A stretch of DNA of 63,281 nt, the filler included, from Squatina squatina (taxonomy: Eukaryota), in NCBI GenBank assembly GCA_031763465.1. It is 4 parts of 4 records of this genome, joined end to end, with 100 filler letters (N's around TTAATTAATTAA, not from the genome) between each part and the next. Parts side by side here need not be neighbours in the genome. Positions count along the whole stretch, not along the records: positions 43,047 to 63,281 come from JARFOE010000194.1; 3 more parts are not named here. The stretch is one strand, 5' to 3'. The notes beneath the pieces were generated by a model. That model did no database searches, was not told the DNA's origin, and saw only the letters and a list, made by a program, of their open reading frames with translations. The position numbers and the translations under genes are program-made. This document shows positions 63,080 through 63,281 of the stretch, piece by piece (position 1 is the stretch's first letter; each line of letters opens with the position of its first letter).

Positions 63080-63167
63080 GAATTTCAACAGATGCTCAGT
63101 CGACTAATTCCTGAGAAACAATCTCTCAATGATAAATTGAAGCAGGTCCAACAGAACAGCCTACATA
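63080..63167 (+). CDS. ITSN1: Intersectin-1 exon, 88 bp
   Basis: ctgtag|GAA TTT CAA...CAT A|gtaagg = [29 protein letters not shown]. Confidence 0.94.
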
Positions 63168-63281
63168 GTAAGGATCGTCTTTGAATTAGTTCACTTTATT
63201 GCTTTCAAAAGGTGTATTTGTATACACAAGAATGGATTTGGTTTGTAATATTTAATGGCACAATCCAAATACAGCAGCACA

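Noticed and set aside
1-63281. Prokaryotic-style systems (CRISPR array, operon, prophage, defence locus) and rRNA or true tRNA genes
   Set aside because: The sequence is spliced vertebrate DNA. There is no repeat-spacer array, and the tRNA-like motifs are SINE heads without a full cloverleaf.

Overview
Vertebrate nuclear DNA, most likely from a cartilaginous fish (shark), judged from its repeats: Deu-domain tRNA SINEs, CR1/L2/RTE LINEs, Penelope-type terminal repeats and GC-rich Harbinger-type MITEs. The window is not one locus. Three artificial N44-TTAATTAATTAA-N44 linkers (15617-15716, 29296-29395, 42947-43046) split it into four scaffolds, each made of 1-3 kb contigs joined mostly by fixed 100-N gaps. 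Genes therefore appear as isolated exons and distances across gaps are unreliable. Block 1 has exons of RMDN3 and DNAJC17. Block 2 has the 5' part of a urotensin-II receptor, an AQR exon and an intronless UGT C-terminus. Block 3 has two exons of a probable NACHT/WD (NWD-like) gene, ING2 exon 2 and CDKN2AIP exon 1. Block 4 has a CRYZL1 exon and eight ITSN1 exons. I found no convincing new biological system. The best leads are degenerate minimal hammerhead-ribozyme motifs in Penelope-type repeats, the intronless UGT, a possibly non-mammalian UTS2R paralog, the NWD-like gene, conserved-Trp substitutions in ING2 and ITSN1, and nested transposon insertions. Gene names come from my recall of vertebrate proteins, not from a database search. 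Repeat boundaries are approximate.
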